Origin: Fimbriosthenelais zetlandica
Taxonomy: Eukaryota
Reading direction: 5' to 3'
Assembly (NCBI GenBank): GCA_977030845.1
Contig: OZ365113.1
Location: 28,954,001-29,018,000 of the forward strand
DNA: 64,000 bases
Each line of letters opens with the position of its first letter. The stretch's first letter is position 1. This document shows positions 45,825 through 57,980 of the stretch, in pieces. Both the position numbers and the translations under genes were made by a program. The notes under the pieces were generated by a model that made no database searches, had not been told where the DNA came from, and saw only the letters and a list, made by a program, of their open reading frames with translations.

Positions 45825-48800
45825 CTCCTCGCACTTCTGTCCCCTCTCTCCCCCAGCTTCCTTCCTGTCGCTTCTCCTTCTTCCCGTATCCCTATCACCG
45901 TTTCCCCTCACTCCTCCCTTTATTGACGGATGTGTTCCATTTTACACTTCGAAACAAGCAAATTCAACACATATTAAGCAAGAACAAAAGTATATACGAA
46001 AATGACATAAATGCATGGGATAAAAATAATCACCCCACCCCTTCCACATTGCCTCCCCGTAAAAGGCCAATGATAACGCAATAATATCATCCATTACACC
46101 CTCGCCCTGTCTGGCAACAATCCTAGTGACAAGTCGAGCAAATAGTGAGCAGATAAAACGAGCTGAGGGGAGCAAATAAATATCAATACTCACCTCGTGA
46201 GCGATGGACGGGGAGGGATATAAGGGATGGGTCATGTATTGGTCACAGCCTTATAGTATAATAGTTGCGTTGAATTGATTTTGATACTATAGGGTCGGGG
46301 CTGATGATCATGGACATGGTTTGTGTTATTTGGCTTTCCATAATATAATCTTCAGTTGTATTCAAAATCAGGATTTTATATGGGGAGTGGGTGTTGGGTA
46401 GGGGCAGAAGATACATGTATGTAGTAGTGAAAGGGTCGGCCTCTCTGTTTGTGTCTCTCTTTCTCTCTAGCTCTTCTTTCTCATATTTCTGTCTGGACCA
46501 CCATGGTGAAGTATTGCTGGAAAGCAGTGCCAGGTTTAAAAATGCATTCCCTTTTAATTGTGAGGCAGTATTCTTACTCTTAGTCCTAGCCATAAAGATT
46601 TTAAATGTATTCCCCCATTGGGTACATCAATCATAGTTTTTGAAAGTATATCCGAGGCATACCAATCATGACGTTAGATTTCTCTACCCTTCAGTGAACA
46701 AGGAACCAATGGCCTGTCACAATATGGGTCACATGCAAGGCTCAGCATTCCACTTGCAACCTCGAAGGTCTGTCCCCCGAGGCAAGGCTGCTGACCTCGC
46801 CACAACAGATGCTGTCATGAGGTAAATTGCCTCCTCGAACAGATACAGCCAATTGGGAGTCGCTGATTTCCCCATGAGACCCACCAGTAATCTCAGCAAT
46901 GTCGTTGCTGTTGGTCTATCTGTCAAAACCTGTGTTTTGAAAAAACGGCATCATCATCTTCCATATGCAGTGGTCGCCTTAGGGGGAGTACTGTATTATT
47001 AGGGTTCAGGTCGCAGATGACAGAATGCATGCATTAAATGTGCATTTGTCTTTCTCAGAATTATGCCTGGCTCACTACATGAGGTGCAAATATTGAGGAC
47101 AATCTCAATAACAGAAAGAAAAGTTATTTATTCAGGACGTGAATCATTTCCTGTCAGAGATAGTTCTTTTCTTTCATTTAGAACTATCATTTTATTTAAG
47201 TCTTGTTTCCAATTATATCAATCCTTATGTAAGCTTGCTTGAATTCCAATTCATCAATTGCAATGCATTTATCCCGATTGTAATTTTTGCTAATCTGTAT
47301 GAAGTTAGTAGCACTTTGGCAATTGTTTGCAATTAAAGGCCAAAATGTCTGTGGCATGCAGGGGGCATCATTTTGAGAACCTATTATTGCATATGCATGA
47401 CCTTTTCGTCCATGCAACTAATGCAGTTCCATTGTTTGGAGGTTTGCAGTAGCTGGGAAGGTTCCCAGGCTTTTGTCTATAATATGGTACTATTCCCACA
47501 GACGTATACCTTTCCAGAGCCTGTATTTCCCACATGTATCTGACCATTACATTGCCCTATCCCTGACCTTCTTTTTTCTTCCTGCCATTTGTTGCTTTTC
47601 TCTTCTGCTTTCCCAAGAGGCTCAGCATGCAAACTAAGTGGCGCTACATCTGTAGTAAGCTTTCGGCATAATACTGTTGGTTCTGACTTTCATTAACTTG
47701 CGTGTGCTCTGGATATATTGTAAGGAGGTAACACACAGGAGGCGTGCGGCGTGTGTTTCTTAGTGTGTTATTCATGCGTCTAGAATGGAATATATGAGAT
47801 GCGTTTAAGGACGTTCCAATGAAAAATAAAAGTATTGAAACCGGAGTAAATGCCCATTTCACTCACAGAAACAGTAACACTATTTTATTCATTCTGCTAA
47901 AGCAAAAATGTTAAAAGCAATAATTTACATAATATTTGTATGTAACCCACTTTCAAGCCTGTAGCACTGAATGGGCTGTTAGACTCATTTACCTACAAAT
48001 AATGGCTGATTCGAGCATCTAGCGATTCACATTTCCAGAATCGTATCACCACCCACACTCGAATGTCTCGTACATGTATTTCTGTGATTACCAGAGACGC
48101 CTACATTATTATTATTTTATTATAGTTTTAGAGTATGACCGATAATATAAGTTACACATGTTGAACCAAACTGCACAGATGTTTTTACACTGGTGTTCAC
48201 ATGTGAAATTTGGCCTGTCAGACGCCTCCACTGTGGAGCTAGCTTAACACCCGCTGCCAGTGAAAATGTGGCTTTTCGTGCAGTAAGTCTGATGACAACA
48301 TGGTGTGGCATGCTCGTCATTTGTCCTCATATAGAGCCTATGAATAATGCTGGAAAATTTACACAGTGACAGCTATCTATTACTACGAGTCCTGTCAAAG
48401 TATGAATATGTTTTTATGTGAATTTCGCCCGGAGGTTTTAGATCAAATCTAGGCGTAGTGGGAATGCTGTGTTTTTACATGACATGTGTCAAAGAATTAT
48501 TATGTTTGCAAGTTCTATGAATGGCAGGTCATTAAAATGTTTAACTCGCAGGGAAGTACTGACAAATCTTGCTGATCATAATGTCATATTTAACATGTTT
48601 TGGCTACAAATTTAAGGCACTCCGGCCTTTCTTGCCTCTGTTGCTTTTCCTAAATAACCCCCCAAAAGGCACCTGTTGCACAAATGTCAATAAGGAAATG
48701 CACCCAGACATGAAAAGCTTCCTGATTGGACAGATCATGGCTCCAGCATGCATTCTTTAAATTCCCTCCACTCCAACATCCTAACTACTAGCTTGGCAAA

Positions 48801-51349
48801 AATGAACTCCAATTCAGATTCATTTCAAAATCCATGCCACACCTCCTTCTGTGGAAGATGTCATTCAAAGTCATTAACCTCTATCTCCCTTTTCCCTTTC
48901 CCCTGGGTCCACCTCCTTTTCCCCTCAGGTTTCCCTTCACCCCAATTATAAGCCACAGTAATGTGGGGAAGGCTTTGAGCTGGATTTCCCTGTTTTAATC
49001 ACCCATCCTATTACTGAGCTCATTAGGGTTTCATGCTCCTGGCCTTAAGCTCTCCCCACCTAATAGCAATAAGATTATTACCGTTACTCATTAGCATCTC
49101 CTCTCCTGTCAAAATATGTCACCCTTTTTACACCATCAGCCCATCAAATTTTGACACAATCCTTATTAATGTTGAGATTTTTCCCCAGACCCTATTAATT
49201 TTTTATAATAATATTATTTTTTTAGTACAATGGAGTCTAAATGTAATTCCACAACCTTGGAATTGAATTAAGTGAGGTTATACATATTACAAACATGATC
49301 GCTTAAATTAGCTAGTAACATGTCCATTATAAAATATGTTTTGGGACCAAAATAAATTTTGTATACATGAGGGCCGTTCTCCGCTAAGATAAAACCACTA
49401 ATCTGACTTCTTCTATGAGCTTTACACAAAGGAATTAGCTCACAGCCAATTTAATTGGTTGTCACCTTTGCATAATTTGTTTTGTAGTCTGGATGTGCAT
49501 TGGGTATTTCTGCATACAGAATTGTTGTGCAAGAAAATTGGATTCATTGTTGATCATTTGTGTTCAGTAATCCTGTACCTAATCGTGTTTACAGTGTTAA
49601 ATTTCTGCGTTGACCTTCATATACTTTATGTTTTAGTAAACCTAATCTCTGCCATAAAGTAAAATTCTACTTTTGTTTCGAATTCTCTGTTGGTGGAATG
49701 ATGTCTATTTTGCCATTAGAAATGTCCCATTTACGCTTATGAGCGATACTGTTATGCACAATTAATTGGAGTAAAGCAAAGCTGATAATGAATTTAATAT
49801 GTGGGAATATTATTTATCGACACAACACTGAATCCCTCTGATCTGGGTACATGATTTGGTAAACATTTTTGTCACATACGGTTTTCTCTATACAAAGTAT
49901 GTATGTCTAAACAATGTCAACCATTCTGACCATTTACTGGTCGGATAGTGAGATGGTTGCTTTAGTGAGGTGGTCTTTATAAGTGACACTGCACTGTACT
50001 TGGAACTTTTAAAGTTGAACTTTTCCTTCACTCAAAAAGTTCATATCAAGTACGCCTACTAATATTGAAAATTATATTAATTTCTCTGGTCGAACCAGGA
50101 CTTCTATCTAGGTAGCACAAGGAATATAACTAATAACAGTTTGGAAATTCACTTTTCTGGTTTGTGTCGATGGGCAAACAGAGGCAATAAAGCGTGGTGT
50201 TGTTGATTTCTTTGGGAGTGGACTGCTGACCACTGATAAGCCATGTCCAGACACGTGTAGTGGACAGAAGGTGGGACTGACCAACCAATCAATATACCGA
50301 GCCCTAATTCAATACCATCGTCTCTCCTCCCCCTTTATTGTGATCCCTATCTGGCCTTACCAGGCATGTCTTCCATCTAATAATGCCAACACCAATCACA
50401 ACTCTCTACACTCATAAATACATTTCCTCTTTTTTTTTGGCCATCTGGAAATTGGCAGAATATTTCCCGCGAACAATCGCAAAACCTTGTCTCAAGGTGA
50501 ACAGATTGCAGAATATGGTGTGCAAAATGTATTCCATTTTCATCAATTTCTGCAACCTGTTTGTCTGATGGTCAAGATTTTTGAGTGTGTGGGATCCTGC
50601 TGCACCCTTCATGTCGCAGATATTCTGTGGAAATGTCCAGTTCCTTTTCGGGTGTAGAAGGATATGATCTTCCATTGACATGTCCAAAGGTGACAGCAGC
50701 CTAATAGGTGTCACCTCAGTGAAGGGTGTCTTACTATTGGCGTGACACTGGGACGTGTTGTGTATTGAATTATGACAGCCATTGCCATTACCGACCACAA
50801 CATTGTTTGCCTCGGACAAACACATTTCCCGAGCTCTAAGGCTTTGACAGGCCTTTAAGAATTATGGATATTTATGCAGGCATCAGCAGCCTTGTTCCAA
50901 TAACGAGAAAGTGCACTGAAAATAGGAAACCGAAAGCTAACATGAATTGTGGGGATTTTGTTGAGTTTTTGTAATGTCCTCGGCCAGAATTTTCCTATAT
51001 TTAATGTCAAATATTATTAGAATTGACATATCAGGCATGGATCTGTTATGCATATCAGGTTTCAAACCAAATTCATGGAGTAATAAACTTATGACTTATT
51101 TCACTTTAATAGAAGTGAAAATACAACAAAATCTGGCTGGGACTAAGGCCTGCAAAGTTGCAAACAAGAATCTATTTCACTATGTACTCAGATAAGATTG
51201 GTTCCCACTATCAATATTGATTTTTCAGGCACTGCTTCTTCCCCATTTCCTTATATCATTGATATTGTATTGTATGCTTGGCTTAGAATCGCATCTAGAT
51301 TATATAATAAATCTATAGATTGTTTTCAGGGAAGGTTGATGACAGTGAG

Positions 51350-51540
51350 AGGGAGAATGAAAGGCTGAGAGCCAGAGAGAGCGAGACTGAGAGATGGGAG
51401 AGAGAGAGAGAGGGGGGGGGAGGGAGAGAGAGACTGCATTGGGGAGAGAATACAGCAAGAGACAGGGGATGCGGGGCGAAGAGTGTGTAAGAGAGGGAAA
51501 GAGAGAGTAGAGTGAAGAGGGAAGAGAGATAAAGAGATGG
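51350..51540. repeat. GA-rich purine tract
   Basis: Direct inspection. Similar purine or pyrimidine tracts lie at ~44620-44810, 53850-54100, 56700-56910 and 58830-58990. Confidence 0.9.
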
Positions 51541-52160
51541 CCAGGGCATCGCATTAGAATGAATCAATTACTATTGATTAGAATTGATTAGAATTGCTGA
51601 CCATCCATAACGAGTCAAGTGACAAACTTTGAATTTCTATTTTTGAAATAATCCGTTTTGCTGGATTCTCCCGAAGAAAATCTCCACACAGCTGAAGAAA
51701 AGGGCATTAAATGTATCAAATGCCAGGAAAAGACGTCCTGTAATGACACAATATTAAATGAAAAATGGTTTTAAAAACCCAGAAAATTGAAAAAATGAAA
51801 GAACAAAGAAAACATAACCTTCTTGGTCATATGATCTACAAAGAGACAAAACGTCGTTACTAATGCATTCAAAATGTCAGTAAAACCTGGACTGGCTGTA
51901 ACTCGTCCACTGGGAGGTCTTCATGAGATACTCATTCCTGAGTCACTCACCTAGTGCATTACAAGCTTGTGTTAGGAGAGGACACGGTCCCCAGACCAAC
52001 AAAAGATAAAATGATCATTCAGGTCACTTCTAACCTTACCACTCCTTGCATGTCAAGGCCAAGATCATTGCTTAGTTTCTTGTAACAGTACAGAATTCCA
52101 ATTTATAGCCAATGAGAAGAAACTCCCTGAATTAACTGACACTCAAACCTAAGGAGCCAA

Positions 52161-52465
52161 CACCCTGAATGTTTTGGTGCTCTAACCAGCTGAGCTAACC
52201 TCCTGAATGAGCTGGTGCTTTAGCCAACTGAGCTACCACCCTGAATGAGCTAGTGTTCTAACCAGCTGAGCTAACACCCTGAATGTCTTGGTGCTCTAAC
52301 CAACTGAGCTAACATCCCGGATGAGCTGGTTCTTTAACCAGCTGAGCTAACCTCCTGAATGAGCTAGTGTTCTAACCAGCTGCGTTAACTCCCTGAAAGA
52401 GCTGGTGCTCTAACCAGCTGAGCTAACCTCCTGCATGAGCTGGTACTCTAACCAACTGAGCTAAA
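52161..52465 (-). repeat. 38-bp minisatellite x8 derived from a tRNA/SINE A-box
   Basis: The minus-strand unit is ~GGTTAGCTCAGCTGGTTAGAGCACCAGCTCATTCAGGA, in 8 copies. It is the same unit family as 42570-42650. Confidence 0.9.
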
Positions 52466-54099
52466 AAAAAACTCCCAAAAGCTAATCCTTTCCAAAAGAC
52501 ATTATAATTAGAAGAAAACTTTGGAAGAAACAAATATTATATTGCCCACCCTCTCCTCTCCATGCATGCCATGCCGAGTCGCGTGTCCCTCTTCCCTATT
52601 CTTCCCCTCCCATTCTTCACTATAGGAGGCAAGCTCCCGAACCCGGGGGTCATATTCTCAATGCTTTGGAGACAGGACATCTCTGGGTAAGCGATATGCT
52701 GGTTTTGAATTGATCCATGTAGCGTCTCGGATGGAGCATTAGGATTTAAGGATTGACCGCCAGACATGCACTAGGTATCGACTCCATGACAAGGCAGTGG
52801 ATTAGGGAGGGGGGGAAACAAACCAGTACACCTAAATCCCAGCCCCTCTAACCTTCTGACCTCCAGCGGATGTAGAATTCTAGAGAGATGCAAGAGGATT
52901 TTCCCTTGTCTGATTTATACAGCCTTTGTCAGTACACAATCTGAAAATGATGATGGACGGCTTCCTTTAGGGCCCGCTTCTTACTTCAATAACGATCGCA
53001 TAACGAACATTCAGTTAAAAACCTGAAATTTTGTGCAATTGGGTCAATATATTATAGTTTTTTTCATGACTACATGAGCAGTTTTTTCTCGAAATTATCC
53101 CATCAAATTTTTACATGATGTGCACAAGATACACTTACAAGTTACTTACAAGTAGAAAGTGATGGGCAACTTATTTCCTAACATTTTCCACTTTTCAATA
53201 TAGACTTTCCGAAAAAAGAAATTCTCGATTAAATATCACGCATAAGCTTTATTTTCGGATGTTTGGACCTCGTTATAAAGGCCATAGAACTGATGAAGAT
53301 AAGATCTATGTCATTTTGTGTAGATGCCCATCTTTATTGGATACTTTGTTCGGCGTATATTGTTGGATACTGTGGAGGGCCCACACAGCCTGGCCACCCT
53401 CCTGGCTGGACTATTTGATTCCAGCAGATGAGGGACCTCCCCATTTACTGGCCTAGGACAATCAATGTTTCTGTCAATACACATTTGTTGAGATGTTCCT
53501 TACCAATCCCCCTTTCCTGCTTGATGTATTTTCCCCTCTCGTCCTGCCTACTTCTTCTTGTGCATTGATAAGAGAATTGAGTCGGTAAAGAAATTGATTC
53601 ACAATTAAAGGACCTTGTGCTGTTTATATTCACAGGCCTAACTTCATTTAAGGTAATTGTTCATTGCTTCATTGCACTATTTGTCAATTCATCTGCTTAG
53701 CATTTTCTCGATTGATTTTTCCGTCGTCCCTCTTCTGCTTGACCTCTTTTCCGTCATCACATATTCCGTTGCTCGCTCTTCCATTCCTCTTCCCATATTT
53801 TCATTCATTTCTGGAGTATTCTGAATTCTCGCCTCCCCCTCCGCTTCCCAATCTCCCTGTCACTCGCTGCCCCCTTCCTCTTCTCTTCTCCCTTTCGTTT
53901 CCTACCTTCCCCTCTCTCTCTTGTCCCATTCCTTTTCTTTTCATTCTCCCTCCTTTCCTTTCCCCTCTCCATCATCCCTCTCTTCCTCCCATTTTCCCTC
54001 CTCTTCCCCTCCTTTCATCAGTATACCCCACCACCCACCACCCACCACCACCTACGCCCAGACCCCCCCCCCCCCCTCATGCACCACCTCCCCTTTAGC

Positions 54100-54600
54100 C
54101 TTCTATCTGAATAGAAAAACACCTCATGTACTTAATGGTCAGTATTGGTCAGTCCAAATGTCCCCAGTCTGCCGTTATATATATAGAAGCTGGAGATTGA
54201 CCACTCCAGGGTTAAGTCCTGGCAGAGAGGTCACCCTGACCGTCAGAATAAGTGCTCTTAGGAGCTTCCATATGTAGGCAAGTGCTTGACTGACACTCTC
54301 ACTCTATAGCTGAACTGGAAGCCACCTTATTGCCAATAACTCACAGGTCACACGTGTTTGGAGCTGTGTTGGTAGGTGTTCTCCACCAGTTTGTAGTGAA
54401 ATTTAACTACTTTAGAACCAATCCAGTCCCAGTTTGGTCAAGTCGCCAGGGGTTTGGGGCCAGGGAGAGAGTGACAGGTGACGAGGTTTGCAGAGTGTTT
54501 AACCCAACCTCCTCAAACATTTCCCGTCTGTTCCAGGAAGGAATTGATTTTCTAATCCTTACCAGGCCACTCGGAGAGACCTAGAAAAGGGAGGTATATC
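54100..54600 (-). mobile_element. Decayed LINE ORF2 C-terminal remnant
   Basis: LAIRWLPVQL resembles 'LHWLPV'; VVKFHYKLVENTY occurs in another frame; many stops. Confidence 0.4.
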
Positions 54601-57600
54601 ATTCTGGGATATTTTCCCCAGTGGACTCATATCTCTCCCATATCACTCTGCCTCTCCCCATCCCTCCAGCGGTCTCGAGGGATCTATACCTTACCTTAGC
54701 TGGAGGCCTAATCCTTTAAGTTAATCTTTATCCAAATAGAGCTTAATGCCCTGATAATGTTTAACCCATGAAATTAAGACTTTGATTCAGTGCAGTTGCT
54801 TCCTTTAAGGCTGCGCCAGCCACATATCCAACCTTGTACTTTTATCAGATTTCTTGCAGGCGCATCCCTTGAGACAGATTCTTCAATGGTATACTTGAAT
54901 CTCTTACCTATACCACCACTACGTTCATTCAGTACATGTATCAGTAAAAGTGGGAAACCTAAACCAACATAATTAGTATTAGTAAGCTGAAATGAAATAC
55001 GAATATATGAATTACAGGGGGTGCTGCAAAATTAACAGGCCCTTGTGAGTTAATAATAATTCAGTTCTGTGAAAAAAGATTTTTATAAGGACATGAAAAC
55101 GGGACCCCCTTGTAAAATTTACATGACGTTTTTGCCCAATGAAAGACCATAGGTGTATGGGGAATGGCACCAAGACATAATGAAAAGACCATAATGAAGC
55201 CATGTCCGATTAGAGGGCCCAACCATGACATCACAGCCTAACATCAGAAACCTAATAAACAACGAAGCCTCTTCAATGCAGACTTTAATGCTAGGCTAGA
55301 TAACGAACACTTAATTAAGGGCTATCCACGCTATACGCCAGCCCCTTGCTCTTTAATGATGTTAAATTGAAGGAACTGGTCTATGTTCTGACAAGTGGGA
55401 GATATGAAGCCAACCTACTTGCATGGACTCAATATACTGATGTCATGGTATTGATTATTTGTCGGAGATGAGTCTAAAATTTCAATAAAAATAGGGGAAA
55501 AAAGTATCGCAGTGTAGGCGAGTGAGTTGATGGCATCTGACTGGCTCCATATTGACTTGAAAGTCATTCTTAGGCCAAGGGAAGGGAATGTTGCTGGCCG
55601 GGTTGCTGGTAACATATCTAGCCCACCACATCTTGTAACATGCTTGAAACATGTATCTTACCCTTCTTGAACTGCACTGCCTGCACTCCGTTATGGCTGA
55701 GAAATGAAAATTACCCTTCTTTGACTTTGTTCTAAAAATGCATCATGAGTTTCTAATTACATGTATAGGGAACACAGATTAAAAAGTACGGCTGCAATAT
55801 ACAGTCCTAATCGATTCCCTCCTGTGATACATATAATATATGTGGTGTGTTGCACATTGCTTACAATTTGTTACAAATGAGATATTGAAATGACACAAAG
55901 TTTGGATGAAGAAACTTAGTGATTTTTTTCTCTATTTTGAGGATACACAGCACATCCATTAGTCTCAGTGTGAGGTCCTTTTACCACGTTCTTGTAGGAA
56001 ACCACAAAACGGAAGTCCCTTTTAACCCGTGGTATTGCCCCATAATGCTTTAGTCTTCCGGCCGTGTCCCCCAACTTCCGTTTCTGTGACATTTCCTTGA
56101 CGTTGAATTCACAGGGTCCTGCATTAATGCTTTAAGCTATTAAAAGCACTTTTAGCACTTTAAGTTTTCCGATTAGAAAAAAAAGTAGCCTATGAATGTA
56201 TGATGGTATAAGATCATGGACAAGTGGGAAAGGTCATAGGAAAGTCATAAAGATTAGTCAGTTTGCCAAGAAGTCATGGCTTTGGCTTTTGTCTTGTCTT
56301 TCAATCCCACTAAGATTGGTCATGGTAAATGCCAAAAGTCATGGCCTTGGCCTTTGTCGTTAAATCACGGCGTGAATATAGATAAGGGTCAGAAAATCCG
56401 TTCAAAAAGAACATTTTCACACCAGTTTTGGGAGCTCCAGCAAGTAAAAGCGTTGGTATCATTCCTAGCACGTTGTTTCTCGAGTTGTTACGACAGTTAC
56501 AACAGCGGAGACAACAAGTAGAAGATGTTGTGTCAACATTGCATGCTGTCTATAATTCATCTGCGTAGTCTCGGCCTTATGGCGTCTGCTTTACAGAAAT
56601 ATGTCACTAATCGAGTTAGAGATGGAAGGCGGGAAGAAGGCACATCTGAGGCCCACTGATGAGGCGCTATTATTCCTCTCGTGGGAGCTATGCTGAAGAG
56701 ATGGGAGTGGGGACAGAAGTCGGGGGGTGGGGGGTTGGGGAAAGAGAGGGGTGGGGAGGGAGGGGTGAGGAAGTGGAAAAGAGATGTGGTGGGGGTCTGA
56801 GACAGACGGAGAATGATGGGGACAGGGAGGGAGAAGTGGGAGTGGGAGAGGGACGATCCAAAGAAGATAAGGGATAAGGGTGAGAAAGAGATAGAGAGAC
56901 AGAGAGAGACGTAGCAAACTATGAAACAAATTTGACCATCTTGTTGCCGGGCGCAGCCCCTTCCTCTCCCACTTCAAGGATGGGTAGGATATACAAGGAC
57001 TACTGACGAAACGGTGATCCAATCCCATCACCATACACAGTTGCACTTCACTAATGCGACATTGAATAGTGTCCCAAAGCGACCATCATAATATCAAGAT
57101 GGTCGCTAGGCCTATATATGTCTGAAAGGGCTACGCGTTACATAAGCAATTTATTTCGCTTAACATTTTATTTTGCATTAACAGCAAGTAGATATATGTA
57201 TACATGCAGTCTTTTTACTATTTCTGCGGGTAGAATGGAAAAAGTCCAACTTTGTGTGTTTTGTCCTTCAAGATCCCCATGTGCTATACATCAATGCTCA
57301 GATGGCGAGATGGTCACTTTATTGAGGTGGCTTTAGCAAGAATCCACTGTAGAAGTTATTAACATGAATGGCTGGCAAATGGTGAATGATTAGTCTCAGT
57401 GATCGTCTCGAGGCGGTGTCTCGCTTCTATATATAAACACTTCATGAATTATTCATCATCTGATGCTTGTAGTGGATATCGGAGATGATCATAGCTATGT
57501 GAGAGATAATTATGAATGTTATCAGAGAACAATGTGATCAGATTAGGCTTATAGACTTGATTATCTATCCCTCTCTGCTGACTTATCAATACATAAATCC

Positions 57601-57789
57601 TACTATTAATATTCTTTAATCACAGGGGTGTGATAATAAAGATTTTCCCTGCTGAAGTTTTATATATTGAATATTTTATGTTCCTGCCCATTTCTCTTAA
57701 TAGTATGCTCTGAAAAATCGTTGAAAGAGACGTTAAAAACAAATAGAATATAGCAAGCCCCAGATGGTTTGGTGTGGGCTTATAAGCTT

Positions 57790-57980
57790 AGAACTTTCCT
57801 GGCAGATGGCAAATGACCAAGAGATTTGAGACTTGGATCCTTCTGCTTTTATTGCTACATTCTGCGAAATCTGGAATGCAAATATATGTGAAATTATTTT
57901 TAAACCCCTTGTATTTACCCAATATGGTGATAATTGAGTCTGTGGACACTTGGGAAGTTTCCTTTAGATCTAGCACCATG
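57790..57980 (-). mobile_element. Decayed RTE-like LINE remnant
   Basis: NNFTYICIPDFAECSNKSRRIQ resembles 'FTYLGS.I..D..C..EIRRRI'. A possibly related piece lies at ~60660-60950. Confidence 0.35.

Noticed and set aside
44553-45926. Pro/Ser-rich and X-containing ORFs (also 51300-51567, 53664-54277, 56591-57046, 58678-59311, 12896-13198)
   Set aside because: They are products of pyrimidine/purine tracts, microsatellites or the N gap.
46163-46193. 31-nt GTGAGT…CTCAG mini-intron on the minus strand
   Set aside because: It is too short for normal spliceosomal splicing and has no coherent flanking ORF.
50412-50825. 137-aa minus-strand ORF
   Set aside because: It has no recognisable motif or splice context, and neighbouring frames look like decayed repeat; left unassigned.
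52161-52465. CRISPR-like regular repeat (also 766-1042)
   Set aside because: The units are head-to-tail with no unique spacers, there are no cas genes, and the context is eukaryotic.
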